The notes under the pieces were generated by a model that was not told the origin of the DNA, did not search any database, and was given only the letters and a program-made list of their open reading frames with translations. Shown here piece by piece: positions 31,811-41,777 of a stretch of 64,000 bases of DNA (position 1 is the first letter of the stretch; each line of letters opens with the position of its first letter). The stretch lies in assembly GCA_000002435.2 (NCBI GenBank), contig CM018793.1; one strand, written 5' to 3'. A program made the translations under genes and the position numbers. Source of the stretch: Giardia intestinalis (Eukaryota).

Positions 31811-33838
31811 ATGAATAGAAATGGCCTCCTGGACGGCACAAAGGCGGGCCTAGCCTCAATTGATAGAGACACCATCAACAAGATAATAGCACGGGAGACT
31901 CAGGGGACAGCTAAATTCCTTCGCATGCGTGAAAAGGAGCAGGCCTCCTGTGTACGCTCAGCTCTCCTCGCTCAACGAGCCAGTGCCCTGACCCCCCAAG
32001 CCATTAGAGAGGAAACACTCCGGGTTGATCGAATGATCGCAGAAGCTACCCAGAATCTTCGAGGCTGGCAAAACGTCATAGCAGTTTTAGATTTCGATTG
32101 CTTCTACGCCTCCATTGAGGAGCGCGATAATCCATCTCTGCGTGGCAAGCCAGTTATAATCACAGGCGGGTCCATTGTCTGCACCAGCAACTACGCAGCT
32201 CGGAAGTACGGCGTCCGGTCAGCCATGCCCACCCACGTCGCCAAGGCCCTCTGCAAAGATGTCATTGCCATCCCTGCGTCCATGGAAAAGTACATGTCTG
32301 TATCGCATGCAGCAGCCGAGGTCTTTGCAGGCTACGATACACACTATTCCATGCACGGGCTGGACGAGTGTGTCTTCAACCTGACTGCATATATGAAGCA
32401 GTATGCCCATGAAAGGTATGGTGTGGTAGATATGTGGAGCGCATATGCACATCTGGATAAGCAGTGTGCCGATGGCGCACTATCTACAGATGCAGACTCC
32501 ATACCCCTTCCAGCTGTCCAACATACCAACACTCTGTTCAAGGAGAAGCCCGGGTTCATAGAGCTACTTGCGGCTGAAGTTGTAAGTGCTATTCGAAAGG
32601 ATATTGCCTCCCGACTCGGAATCACGTGTTCTGTGGGCGTCGCCATAAACCAACAAGTGGCTAAGATACTTACTGAGTTAAATAAGCCTGACGGCCAAAC
32701 TATAGGGCCGCTGCACACTGTCACGCAAGATAACTACTCAACTATTCTCCACTCTCACCTGAAAGACCTCCACATAAGGAAAATTTGGGGGGTGGGGGAC
32801 GCGTCTGCACAACTGCTATCAAGAGAGCCCTTTATGATTACATCCATAGGAGACATTTTCTTAAAGCGCGGCCTTCTGTCTCTGCTTTTGACCCCAGCAC
32901 AGGCCAAGTTTTATATTTTCGCTTCGGTTGGTCTATCTAGCGTACAGCAATTGATGGACCCAAATAACCCCAACCCCAAGTCTGTGGGCCAGGAGTGCAC
33001 CTTTCCAGAGACTTCCGATGAAGACGTACTTAAAAACATTCTCCGCAACCTTTGCAAGTTGATTGCGCAGAAGCTACAAGAACAGAACCTGGTGCCTACA
33101 CGCCTCAATGTGAAAGTTAGGTTCGCAGATTGGATTGAGAAGACGCACGTTGTTGATTTGAGCCGGCACTCCTGGGATCTGGATGTCCTCTACCTGGCCG
33201 CACTCGAGGCTCTGCGCTACATACAAAAGTGCAAGACAGACGAAGTTGGTTACCCCATGTCTACAGGCAACAGTAACGAGGGTGTAGGGCATGGGCGAAG
33301 CGCCCCCTACTTGACGGTAGGCTTCGGCATATACAGGCGTCTTGCTCGGTGCGTAGATATACGCCTCCTAGGAGTTGCTGCACACACATTTCGTGAATGT
33401 CAAGACAGTAATAGCGGGTCTGTGTTGTACCAGCTTAGCAAGGCAGGGGCAGCACACAGAAACTGTACCAAGAATTGTGCAAAGGCACATTCTGTTGTGC
33501 ATATAGACCATGCGCATTCAGAAGGTGTATCTGACACAGAGGTCATTATAGTTAGCTCTTCATCTCCACCTCCATCTTCTCTCGGTGAGAATGACTATTA
33601 CCCTTCAGGGGCGTTCAAAACGTTGAAGAGTGACTTTACGGTCAGGCCCACTAAACAAGGGAATAGAGCAACAAACAAGCTGAGCAACTTTAATAAGACT
33701 GTGGCCAGGCATAAAGCAACAAGAATAGAGTGTGCACAGAAGCCAAAGATCGCCACAACCATAAAAGAAAAGCGCAGCTTTGTTATTAGTTCTAAACCGT
33801 TGCACAACAAGTTTCATAGGAGTCGATCATCTACATAG
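31811..33838 (+). CDS. Y-family DNA polymerase (Pol kappa / DinB-like translesion polymerase)
   Basis: 'VLDFDCFYASIEERDNPSLRGKPVIITGGSIVCTSNYAARKYGVRSAMPTHVAKALCKDVIAIPASMEKY...GLDECVFNLTAY' matches the DinB/POLK catalytic core ([43 protein letters not shown]...LDEAYLNIT). ATG at 31811. Confidence 0.9.
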   Translation: MNRNGLLDGTKAGLASIDRDTINKIIARETQGTAKFLRMREKEQASCVRSALLAQRASALTPQAIREETLRVDRMIAEATQNLRGWQNVIAVLDFDCFYASIEERDNPSLRGKPVIITGGSIVCTSNYAARKYGVRSAMPTHVAKALCKDVIAIPASMEKYMSVSHAAAEVFAGYDTHYSMHGLDECVFNLTAYMKQYAHERYGVVDMWSAYAHLDKQCADGALSTDADSIPLPAVQHTNTLFKEKPGFIELLAAEVVSAIRKDIASRLGITCSVGVAINQQVAKILTELNKPDGQTIGPLHTVTQDNYSTILHSHLKDLHIRKIWGVGDASAQLLSREPFMITSIGDIFLKRGLLSLLLTPAQAKFYIFASVGLSSVQQLMDPNNPNPKSVGQECTFPETSDEDVLKNILRNLCKLIAQKLQEQNLVPTRLNVKVRFADWIEKTHVVDLSRHSWDLDVLYLAALEALRYIQKCKTDEVGYPMSTGNSNEGVGHGRSAPYLTVGFGIYRRLARCVDIRLLGVAAHTFRECQDSNSGSVLYQLSKAGAAHRNCTKNCAKAHSVVHIDHAHSEGVSDTEVIIVSSSSPPPSSLGENDYYPSGAFKTLKSDFTVRPTKQGNRATNKLSNFNKTVARHKATRIECAQKPKIATTIKEKRSFVISSKPLHNKFHRSRSST

Positions 33839-34813
33839 CTTCGATAGTGCTTCCTGGACAATGATAGCTAGGTCGTCCACCCGTCTATACACATCGCTGC
33901 GGACGTTCTCAAAGTCTTTCGCCAATCCTTCCTGGGCAGCAATATCTCCTGTCTGCAGCTTCACTACCGCCTTAGCCAACAGCTTAACCTCAGTGCGTAA
34001 AATCTCTTGATCATTGAGCAACTTGAGCACGTCGTGCTCAGTGTTTGTCGTGAGGTCATCTATGGAGTTGGTCATCTTGATCTGCTTCCGCTTGATGCCT
34101 GCAATCTCACCTCTAAGTGCCTCCAGCTCCCGTGTTGCTACCTCTATTTTGTCCTGTGTTGCCCTCTTTGCTTGCTCCAACGTGGATGCAATAGCTTCAT
34201 TTGGTCCTGTGCCAGCACTAGATAGCATATCCAGGTACAGCTTCTTGGTGGCTTTTGTGTTGTCTGCGCAGGCCGTCTGTAGGTCTTTGAACCGAGTCTC
34301 GTTTGCCTCTATTGTCCGCGAAAGGGTGTCTTGTAAGTGGAGCAGCCCCTCCTTCAGGTCATGGAGGTCTGGGTGGGTAATTAACTGATTTATTGCTTTG
34401 TTGGGTATTCCGGCGCGTTCCGACTGGATCTCCTTTAGCGAAAGCTTGAGCTCATCCACCGTCTTCTGAAGAGATGTCATGCTGTCACTTAGCTTTTTTA
34501 CCTGTGATTCTATCCGCTTCATCCGCCGGTTGCTCTCATCGCAGCGATCTTTATGCTTGGACAGTGCGTCAAGGAACATGTTTGAGAGCTCGCGTATGGC
34601 CTCTGTAAATCGTTCTTTTGTCACCAGTTTTGTTACGTCCACCACAAGGGAGGGCTTGGAGACTCCTTTTTTGTCTACAATGCGGTCAACCTTGAACGTT
34701 GGACTCGAGGGTGAGAGAGTATCGATGAGTTGCGGAGGACCGCTTTCTGGGTGCAGGCCTGTGTAGAGAAAGGCGGTAGCGGACTTGGAACGCCGCTGGT
34801 ACTCGCGGGACAT
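33827..34813 (-). CDS. coiled-coil protein, hypothetical
   Basis: 328 aa with heptad-rich central region. ATG at 34813 (complement). The 3' end overlaps the Pol kappa gene by 12 bp. Confidence 0.6.
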   Translation of the reverse strand: MSREYQRRSKSATAFLYTGLHPESGPPQLIDTLSPSSPTFKVDRIVDKKGVSKPSLVVDVTKLVTKERFTEAIRELSNMFLDALSKHKDRCDESNRRMKRIESQVKKLSDSMTSLQKTVDELKLSLKEIQSERAGIPNKAINQLITHPDLHDLKEGLLHLQDTLSRTIEANETRFKDLQTACADNTKATKKLYLDMLSSAGTGPNEAIASTLEQAKRATQDKIEVATRELEALRGEIAGIKRKQIKMTNSIDDLTTNTEHDVLKLLNDQEILRTEVKLLAKAVVKLQTGDIAAQEGLAKDFENVRSDVYRRVDDLAIIVQEALSKLCR

Positions 34814-34847
34814 AGAGGTCTTAAAATATAATATTTATCACAGTTCG
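34814..34847. promoter_or_regulatory. AT-rich divergent initiator region ('ttaaaatataatatttatcacagttcg') between two ATGs 34 bp apart
   Basis: ATG of the minus-strand gene is at 34813 and ATG of the plus-strand zinc-ribbon gene is at 34848. Confidence 0.4.
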
Positions 34848-35288
34848 ATGGTCAGAGCAGCCCTGCCACTTGCACTTAGATGTAACGCGTGTGGACAGAC
34901 CGTTGCGCGCGGGAAGAAGCTGTATATGCAAAAGAAGGGAAGTAAGCAGGGATTGATATTTATGTTCAAATGTCCGTACTGCACCACAACTCTCTCATTC
35001 ATTGCATCAATCGCTGACGGCTGCTACCTTCCTGGAGAGCACACGGTGCAGGTTGGGACAGCTGCACGAGAGCAGGCCTCCGAGCAACCGCCACCAAAGC
35101 GTCTCAGTGATGAACTGCTGCTCTCTACTGCTATAACAAAAAATCCCAGGTTGAGTGAAGAGTATGTCATGCGTGAATATGTTCGTCAGTTCAAGGTACT
35201 CCAGAGGGCAGCTAGTCAAGAAGCTCCGGAAGAGCCGACCAACCTTGATACCAGATATCGCGCACTTTCTTTTCTGGATCATGCCTAA
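34848..35288 (+). CDS. small zinc-ribbon protein (CxxC...CxxC), hypothetical
   Basis: Track start 34785 is TTG. The first ATG is 34848 (MVRAALPLALRCNACGQTVARGKKLYMQKKGSKQGLIFMFKCPYC...). It has two CxxC pairs about 30 residues apart and an acidic/basic C-terminal tail. Confidence 0.5.
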   Translation: MVRAALPLALRCNACGQTVARGKKLYMQKKGSKQGLIFMFKCPYCTTTLSFIASIADGCYLPGEHTVQVGTAAREQASEQPPPKRLSDELLLSTAITKNPRLSEEYVMREYVRQFKVLQRAASQEAPEEPTNLDTRYRALSFLDHA

Positions 35289-35354
35289 AAGATTAAAAAA
35301 TGAAACTTACTTTTTGCTAATTTTTATCCTCAAGCTCATCAAAGGGACCGTCCT

Positions 35355-37853
35355 ATGTTCAACCGAAAGGTAGCCTCACAAGATGAGCAGCTCATCAAAG
35401 ACCTCCGCAAGCAACTTAAGGAACGTGATGAACGAATTCAGGCCCTGTCGTCGGCGTTAGAGGATGCACACATAACGGTGAACGACCTGGAAAGCGCCCT
35501 CAAAACCGCAGGAGCAGCGATAGGTACACCGAACCCTCAAATATGGCGTGAGACCTTCGTTCCAGACGCGATCTCCAGCTCACGCCTAGGAAGCTCCATC
35601 CTGGGCTCGCCGCCCAGACACGTAGACTCGACCTTTTCCCACAAGGACCTCTCTATGCTGACGCAGTCAGGGATACAGCCGCCCTTAGAGCTTAGCGCGA
35701 CGTTTCTAGACTCCCAACAGTATCTATCTAACTCCAACATAAACCATGATATGTATGACATTACAGAATTCAGAAACGATCTCCAAGTCATGCAGAACCA
35801 GCTAGCAGCAAAAGACAAGCAGATAGAGGAGCTGTTGGCTGAGGCTGAAGAGTTAAAGAATCACATCAAAACTGTTAATTTGGAATACAATACCTTCAGA
35901 AAAACCATTCTAGACATGTCTGTATGCAACTCAGACTTGAGAGTACAACTTGCACAGGCCCAGCAAGAGCTTGGAGAGAAAGAGCGTGCCTACAATTCTT
36001 TGATGGCCAGTATGGAGTCCCGAGACAAGGTCACGGAGCTTCTGAGCTCTGTAACCCAGAGACCTAGGTCTGCCAGGGATACATCCAACCTCTCCGCATC
36101 GAAAAAGGAGACTCTAGCCATGCACAAAACGATCAGGGATCAGGAAGCAGAGATTGTCCATCTAAGGGAGGTTTTGGCGGAGAAAGAGACAGAGATAGCA
36201 CGGCTTATTACGACGTGCGATGAGGCGGTCCAGATGAGGAACGAGATACAGTCCTTACTAGATCAATCCATACAAACAAACCAGATGCTAAAGGATAAAA
36301 TAGAGATCATGTCAGAAGAGGCCAAATTAGCATCGGTACAAGCGTATCAAGGCGAGACGTTTGGAGATAACGTGCAGGAGATTGCAATAGACAACACCAT
36401 GGTGCCATACCCCATATATCTTAACGCATCACGGAATAGCAAGGATGACATGGTGGATGCGACGATCGTGCAGCTCCAGGCGCGTGTTGCTGAGCTTGAA
36501 ACAGAGTTGGCATCGTCCCTGAACACCTCGTCTCTCGCCAAGTCCCTGGCATCCCCGGATGTCTCTACCCTCTTGACGTCAAAGGACGAAGAAATCAGCC
36601 TTCTCAAGAAGCAGGTGCTGTCTCTTGAGCGGTCTCTTCTTTCTGCCGATAACAAGCAGACTGCCTCACAAAGAGCGAGCCCTAGTGGGAGCCGCGGACC
36701 CAGTCCCGGTGTCTCCAGTCAGTGGCCTGGTTTACAGTCAAGTGGACATGCTAGGGGGTGCTTTTCTGAGGTAGGTGGTACCAACTATCTTAAGCTAATG
36801 AAGCGTACAAGACTGCTCATAGATGAAGCCTCTGACGTTTTAAGTGGGAGTGGCAGACGGACCACTGGGACTGCCATGTCGACAGTGTCCGCCTCCGGCA
36901 AAACGAGCTCTGATGACCAGATGATGTCAACGAGCATCCACCTGCAAGCCATTGCAGAGCTTAGAGAAGCAAATGCACGCATCATTAACAGCATTATTGA
37001 GAAAGACGATCAGATTGCGGATATGCTAGAGATCGTAAGCATTTCAGAGGCAGAACTAACCGACATAAAGCTTCTCATGGAGGAGAAGGACAGAAATCTC
37101 ATCCAGTTAACTGAGGACCTCCATAGAAAGGAGAAGGAGCTGGATGCATTAGTGAAGGAGGTCAAAAATGCGTTTTCAGAGGTCTTGGAGCTTACAAACA
37201 CTGTGAGGTCTCGCGACGCTCTCATCAAGGATCTTTCTGACGGGCTGACCGAGTCCCAGGACCTCATAAATCAGATAGCCGCAGAGAATACCGCTTTGGT
37301 CCAGAAGATGAACGAGAAAAACAATGATCTCGAAAAGCTGCTGAAGGAGTCCGCTGCGGCGTCTATAGAGCTATTCAAGATTAAGGAGCAGGGCAGCATC
37401 TCAAAGGACGAGCATGCTCGGTTGCTGGCATCGATTAAGGACTCTATATCCTTTATAAGGCGTTGTGCGGAAGCGACGGTGGAGGGAGGCGAGGACGCAG
37501 AAGGAAACATCATTAAGACTAAGACAATGACACCAGGGGTAACTGAGATGGTCGCATCACCAATCCACATCTCTGGCAAGTGCGATGTCATTGTCGGGGT
37601 GGTAAACTACCTAACAAGCAAGGCGGAAGAGCTCAAGATGCTTTCAGCATCCTATAATGTGAAGCACGGCCGCTTGCTGGCCTTTCTGAACGACCTAACG
37701 GCAGAGCTCGCAAGTGTTCAGACATTTGCAAGCATTCTCCCAGAGGATAGTCAGCTGCGCTCTCTGATGGTGAGACTTGGAGAAGCGATCGAAACAGACC
37801 TCCAGGAAGTGAAGGAAAGCCTCGGCTCTACAGATCAAAATGGAAAAAAGTAG
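35355..37853 (+). CDS. long coiled-coil protein (832 aa), hypothetical cytoskeletal
   Basis: Continuous heptad-rich sequence (E/K/L/Q-rich) over nearly the whole length. ATG at 35355. Confidence 0.6.
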   Translation: MFNRKVASQDEQLIKDLRKQLKERDERIQALSSALEDAHITVNDLESALKTAGAAIGTPNPQIWRETFVPDAISSSRLGSSILGSPPRHVDSTFSHKDLSMLTQSGIQPPLELSATFLDSQQYLSNSNINHDMYDITEFRNDLQVMQNQLAAKDKQIEELLAEAEELKNHIKTVNLEYNTFRKTILDMSVCNSDLRVQLAQAQQELGEKERAYNSLMASMESRDKVTELLSSVTQRPRSARDTSNLSASKKETLAMHKTIRDQEAEIVHLREVLAEKETEIARLITTCDEAVQMRNEIQSLLDQSIQTNQMLKDKIEIMSEEAKLASVQAYQGETFGDNVQEIAIDNTMVPYPIYLNASRNSKDDMVDATIVQLQARVAELETELASSLNTSSLAKSLASPDVSTLLTSKDEEISLLKKQVLSLERSLLSADNKQTASQRASPSGSRGPSPGVSSQWPGLQSSGHARGCFSEVGGTNYLKLMKRTRLLIDEASDVLSGSGRRTTGTAMSTVSASGKTSSDDQMMSTSIHLQAIAELREANARIINSIIEKDDQIADMLEIVSISEAELTDIKLLMEEKDRNLIQLTEDLHRKEKELDALVKEVKNAFSEVLELTNTVRSRDALIKDLSDGLTESQDLINQIAAENTALVQKMNEKNNDLEKLLKESAAASIELFKIKEQGSISKDEHARLLASIKDSISFIRRCAEATVEGGEDAEGNIIKTKTMTPGVTEMVASPIHISGKCDVIVGVVNYLTSKAEELKMLSASYNVKHGRLLAFLNDLTAELASVQTFASILPEDSQLRSLMVRLGEAIETDLQEVKESLGSTDQNGKK

Positions 37854-37858
37854 TAAAT
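37852..37858 (+). promoter_or_regulatory. AGTAAAT polyadenylation-type signal overlapping the TAG stop of 35355..37853
   Basis: Sequence is aagTAGTAAATgg. Confidence 0.45.
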
Positions 37859-37914
37859 GGCTCTGTTTATTTAGTCCATCTAGTTAGAAACCGGATGCAG
37901 GTGTGAGGTCCTGC

Positions 37915-38937
37915 TTAAGCCCCACCTGCCTTGCGAAACAGTGTGTCGTATCCCTTGATGAGGCTCCCCTGCTTGTTTAACTTATCCACACTTATGTCTA
38001 ACCGTAGAATGTCTCTGGGCTCGATGCATCCAGCTGTAATCTGGGACACCTTGGGAGCGTTCATGCGCTGGGTCATGATCTGGTGTCTATCTCTTTCGTA
38101 AGCTTCTCTGGTTCGCTGTCGCATCGCGTTGAGCTCTTCGGTTGCGTCGTGCTGCACCTTAGCGTTGTAGTCTCGTTCGTGTCTTGCGAATTTCTGTAGG
38201 ACGGCGCTTCCGACCCCAATCCGATGATTTATGACTCCTGGTTCTGGCTTGAAGTCTGTGCCCAGCCGAAAAGGCTTGGTCTGGATGCAGCCTGTTCTGT
38301 GCTCTTCTTCCAACTCGTGGGGGATAATGAAGAAGGGGTCGATTGTTGAAAAGCCCGAGGGAGGAGGTGGCTTTCTGTGTCTTTGGTCAACACGTGGGGG
38401 CTGTGTCCGTTTCGTTTGTGGGAGCCGTGGGAGGGTTTCTATGGGTAGTGTAATGGTCTTGCGTGCTGCTTCAACCAACCGTGCCTTGAACTCCCTCTCC
38501 TCTTGCTCGTTCATACCCATTACATCCTTCTGCGAGGGCTTCTTAAATCCCCGAAGATTACTATCTCCTAGTAAGCCATCCATTCTGGATTGATACTTGA
38601 CGTCGTCGAGTATCTGCTCAAGCTCAGTTTTGTGGGGTAGCGCCGGAATGTCCGTGTAGGTGGGGGTTGCGACATCTGCAAACTCCGCTCTCTCCTTAGC
38701 CTCCTTAAGAACTTTAGCCGCCCACTCTGACTTCTTCTCGTCCCTGACATAGGTGGCTGTAAATAGCTCGTCCGACGGATCTTCTTCGGGCAATTCCGCC
38801 TGATTGTAGATAACTCCGCCGTTAGTGAACTCAAAGGCATTCAGTTCCTCGTAGGTATCAGCTCGCTGCTTGTATGTCCTGGCTTCCTTGATCTGTTTGG
38901 ATCTCTGAAGCTCTCGCCGCTGAAAAAGGGTGGTCAT
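37915..38937 (-). CDS. hypothetical protein (340 aa), charged/Pro-rich
   Basis: Track start 38973 is GTG. The first ATG is 38937..38935 (complement), giving MTTLFQRRELQRSKQIKEA..., preceded by 'caaaa'. No recognised domain. Confidence 0.5.
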   Translation of the reverse strand: MTTLFQRRELQRSKQIKEARTYKQRADTYEELNAFEFTNGGVIYNQAELPEEDPSDELFTATYVRDEKKSEWAAKVLKEAKERAEFADVATPTYTDIPALPHKTELEQILDDVKYQSRMDGLLGDSNLRGFKKPSQKDVMGMNEQEEREFKARLVEAARKTITLPIETLPRLPQTKRTQPPRVDQRHRKPPPPSGFSTIDPFFIIPHELEEEHRTGCIQTKPFRLGTDFKPEPGVINHRIGVGSAVLQKFARHERDYNAKVQHDATEELNAMRQRTREAYERDRHQIMTQRMNAPKVSQITAGCIEPRDILRLDISVDKLNKQGSLIKGYDTLFRKAGGA

Positions 38938-39028
38938 TTTTGAAACTTCCTGGAAAAAATCTCGCTTACCCACCTACAACCTTCTCAGCTTCGGGTTAGA
39001 GAGATACTGGTGGAGTCTGTAGGTAGTG

Positions 39029-39520
39029 ATGGTGACCAATATCGAGTTTGTTCCAGAGGTGAAGCCAGATAGAGAGCTGAAGGTGAAGGATATTCTCCGA
39101 TTTGTTAATCCGCCAGACAGGTTCCATAGCCCGTCACTTTTTTGTCTAAAGTTGCTGGCCGAATACGGCCCTTTACGGGATGGACAAATCTGGGGCGGGG
39201 CAAAGATGCACAGGGCCATAACTGTACATGAAATGAAGCTGATCCTAGAGCACTACAAGGCACAAACAGACAAGATAATATTTCAGCTGAGAAAGGAGGG
39301 GTGTAAGGGCGAGTTCATTCATCCCATGAATCACCAGCTTATACCGATGCTGGAGAAGTACCTTCGGTGCTTAGCGAAGGCCCGACTGGACTATCGGGAC
39401 GGACCGTTCACCGCAGAGACAACGATCGATTTCACTGACCTGTCAAATGCGATAGAGCAGTTCTATCCTCAGCTGGTAAAGATGTGCATGCGCACCAAAG
39501 ATAAGCGAATCTCCCCGTAA
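39029..39520 (+). CDS. hypothetical protein (163 aa)
   Basis: Track start 39026 is GTG, immediately followed by ATG at 39029. No recognised domain. Confidence 0.45.
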   Translation: MVTNIEFVPEVKPDRELKVKDILRFVNPPDRFHSPSLFCLKLLAEYGPLRDGQIWGGAKMHRAITVHEMKLILEHYKAQTDKIIFQLRKEGCKGEFIHPMNHQLIPMLEKYLRCLAKARLDYRDGPFTAETTIDFTDLSNAIEQFYPQLVKMCMRTKDKRISP

Positions 39521-39529
39521 AGTGTACCC

Positions 39530-41716
39530 CTAGAGGAACATGCCTTTAGCATACCTGTTCTGGACAATCTTATCCAATACTTGGACTATATAGGATGTTG
39601 CTTCATTCAGGCTGGTGTCACTTGTGAAAACGGCCACCATGTCGATAAGGTGGGCAGACTTGTAGTGTGCCTCGCACCACTTTGCTACCTCAGGCGCTTG
39701 GCTAGGACTTGGTACATCTAGTACGACGCTATTGGCCAGGGAGGGCGTTCTACGAAACGCTGATCCAAGAAGCGATCGCCTGTTTGAGCCTGCCCTGGAT
39801 TGCCCTGCGCCACCGCTATGCTGCGATGCTTTGACAGAGTTTCTGGAAGCCGACGTCGATCTCTTTGGAGTTGATTCAAACGACGCCCTTCCTGATGCTC
39901 CTGTCGCCAGTAGCTCTGACCTGTCCAGTGACTGTGTAGAGTCGCCGGAGTATCCATTAGTAACAGGATATGTACCGCTGGCGCACATGCTCTGTATGAG
40001 CGTTCTGTGAAGAGGGATCTTTAGTACGCTGAAGCACGAGGCCATCTGGGCACCTGGAATTGTGTGGTCGATAATTTCCCACGGAACACTGTCTGCCCTC
40101 GGAGCTTTTGTCTTTGTCTTACCGGTGCCTGTAACCCCGGGCATCTGATCATAAATGTGTATGTGTGTCATCCAAAACACCATCATTTTATCCTCCCTCT
40201 TCTGTACTGAGAACCGGAGTCCGGCTCCCATACAATTGTGTCTAAAGAAGAACATACTTGTGAAAGCAGCCCTAATGGCTTCCACGCCCGTCCTTAGCTG
40301 ACATATTTGCGTATCTACTAAAGAGCACTCATTTTCGCTACTCATGGAATTGTGGCTTCGTTGGGATTCAGAAGATGGTAAGAAACAGGAGGCCTCCTCC
40401 AGCAAACCATGGACGCTGTGTGTGAGAGTTTCTTTGAATGTGTGGTTGGATGCAATGAATGCTAAGCATTTATTACGCGACACTGCATGTAGATAGTGAG
40501 ATGTCATTGCCTTCAACGGATGGCATGCCTGGATGTATAACGGAGGAAACATGGCTGGAAAGAGCTTGCGTGCCCGTTGGAAGCAAGTTGAGTGTAGCGT
40601 TTCGTGAACCACTGTTGCAAATGCTTCCAAGTTGTTCTGGTACCTTTGCTCCAGCTGCTGAACCAAATTGCTCGTCATTAGCACGCAGTAGAAAAGTGTA
40701 AAAACAGGAATCCGGAGGTTCTCTGCCGTATGATCACTGTAGGAATAGGAGTCTAGCGCTTGCTGGACAACTATGCCTGTTACTTCACTTCCTTGACAAG
40801 TTAGGTTCATAATATGATAGCTTTTGCTGAAGTACTCAGATACCTCCACAGTATTCAGGTCTTGCTCTTCCAGTGATCCCATAAACTTATCGAGAATACA
40901 GCCTGCGTCCTTCTGTGAAGTAGTGGTCCTTGGGAATTCGGGATCATCTCCCCACTTGTCAGTCAGTATGCTGTGTAGCTTAGAATAGAACGTACTATGA
41001 GCAAGCATGGATATATAGTTGGAGTGAGACAAATAGTCGCGGGGAAGAAGGCCTTTGGGGGGTGGTTCGCAGGAAGTAATATCAAGTAAATGCGCATCTA
41101 AAAACGCTACCAACCGCGTAGACAGGATGATGTTTGCTCTGAGGTCCAAACAATCTGCTTTCGCGCCTGAGGTGTACGCTTGATCCATGATATCCCTATG
41201 TGCCTCGGTGAGAACTGTACTGAGAGAATTAAATAGAACGCCGGTCTGCATCAGTGTGCAGCGAATGGTGGGAAGGGCCAGAGGTAAGGGCCAGTACAGG
41301 CCGGGCTCCCACTTGAGCAAACGGCTGGCCCTCTGCATAACAGCGTTTAAAACTGGTATGGATTGGCTTAGCCGCTGCATAGGACTATGTAATCCTTCGT
41401 AGATAAAGTCATACGGGCCCAGGACAGTGCGGATGACGCCAAAAAGTATTCTGCACCTAAAGGAGGCTTCGACGGCCGGGCACGCTCTGGGGGCAACAAA
41501 AAGGACATACAGCTTATACGATTCTAGCCTTCCAACTTCCACTTGCTGAAGGCAACAGCGATACCCTTCGCTTTCCCACGACAACTCTCCAAGATTTTGC
41601 TCCTTGAGGGTCGTAAGAGAAAACGCAATGAGTGGTTGCAGATACATGCTGTAGTCTAGGGACATCGTGAGAGAGGAATACAGTAGTGTGTGGTCTTCGG
41701 TGATAATACTGATCAT
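39530..41716 (-). CDS. hypothetical protein (728 aa); possibly a longin-domain trafficking factor (Mon1/CCZ1/HPS-like)
   Basis: Track start 41752 is GTG. The first ATG is 41716..41714 (complement), giving MISIITEDHTLLYSS. The N-terminal 'YKLYVLFV' beta-rich segment is longin-like. Family assignment is weak. Confidence 0.5.
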   Translation of the reverse strand: MISIITEDHTLLYSSLTMSLDYSMYLQPLIAFSLTTLKEQNLGELSWESEGYRCCLQQVEVGRLESYKLYVLFVAPRACPAVEASFRCRILFGVIRTVLGPYDFIYEGLHSPMQRLSQSIPVLNAVMQRASRLLKWEPGLYWPLPLALPTIRCTLMQTGVLFNSLSTVLTEAHRDIMDQAYTSGAKADCLDLRANIILSTRLVAFLDAHLLDITSCEPPPKGLLPRDYLSHSNYISMLAHSTFYSKLHSILTDKWGDDPEFPRTTTSQKDAGCILDKFMGSLEEQDLNTVEVSEYFSKSYHIMNLTCQGSEVTGIVVQQALDSYSYSDHTAENLRIPVFTLFYCVLMTSNLVQQLEQRYQNNLEAFATVVHETLHSTCFQRARKLFPAMFPPLYIQACHPLKAMTSHYLHAVSRNKCLAFIASNHTFKETLTHSVHGLLEEASCFLPSSESQRSHNSMSSENECSLVDTQICQLRTGVEAIRAAFTSMFFFRHNCMGAGLRFSVQKREDKMMVFWMTHIHIYDQMPGVTGTGKTKTKAPRADSVPWEIIDHTIPGAQMASCFSVLKIPLHRTLIQSMCASGTYPVTNGYSGDSTQSLDRSELLATGASGRASFESTPKRSTSASRNSVKASQHSGGAGQSRAGSNRRSLLGSAFRRTPSLANSVVLDVPSPSQAPEVAKWCEAHYKSAHLIDMVAVFTSDTSLNEATSYIVQVLDKIVQNRYAKGMFL

Positions 41717-41777
41717 AGGCTTTGTCCTCGTGGACTGTTTTAAAATTACCACGATAAGCAGCTACTTGTAGCGGTCC
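41717..41777. promoter_or_regulatory. 61-bp divergent intergenic region containing 'gttttaaaatt' AT-rich core
   Basis: Flanked by ATG 41716 (minus strand) and ATG 41778 (plus strand). Confidence 0.35.
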
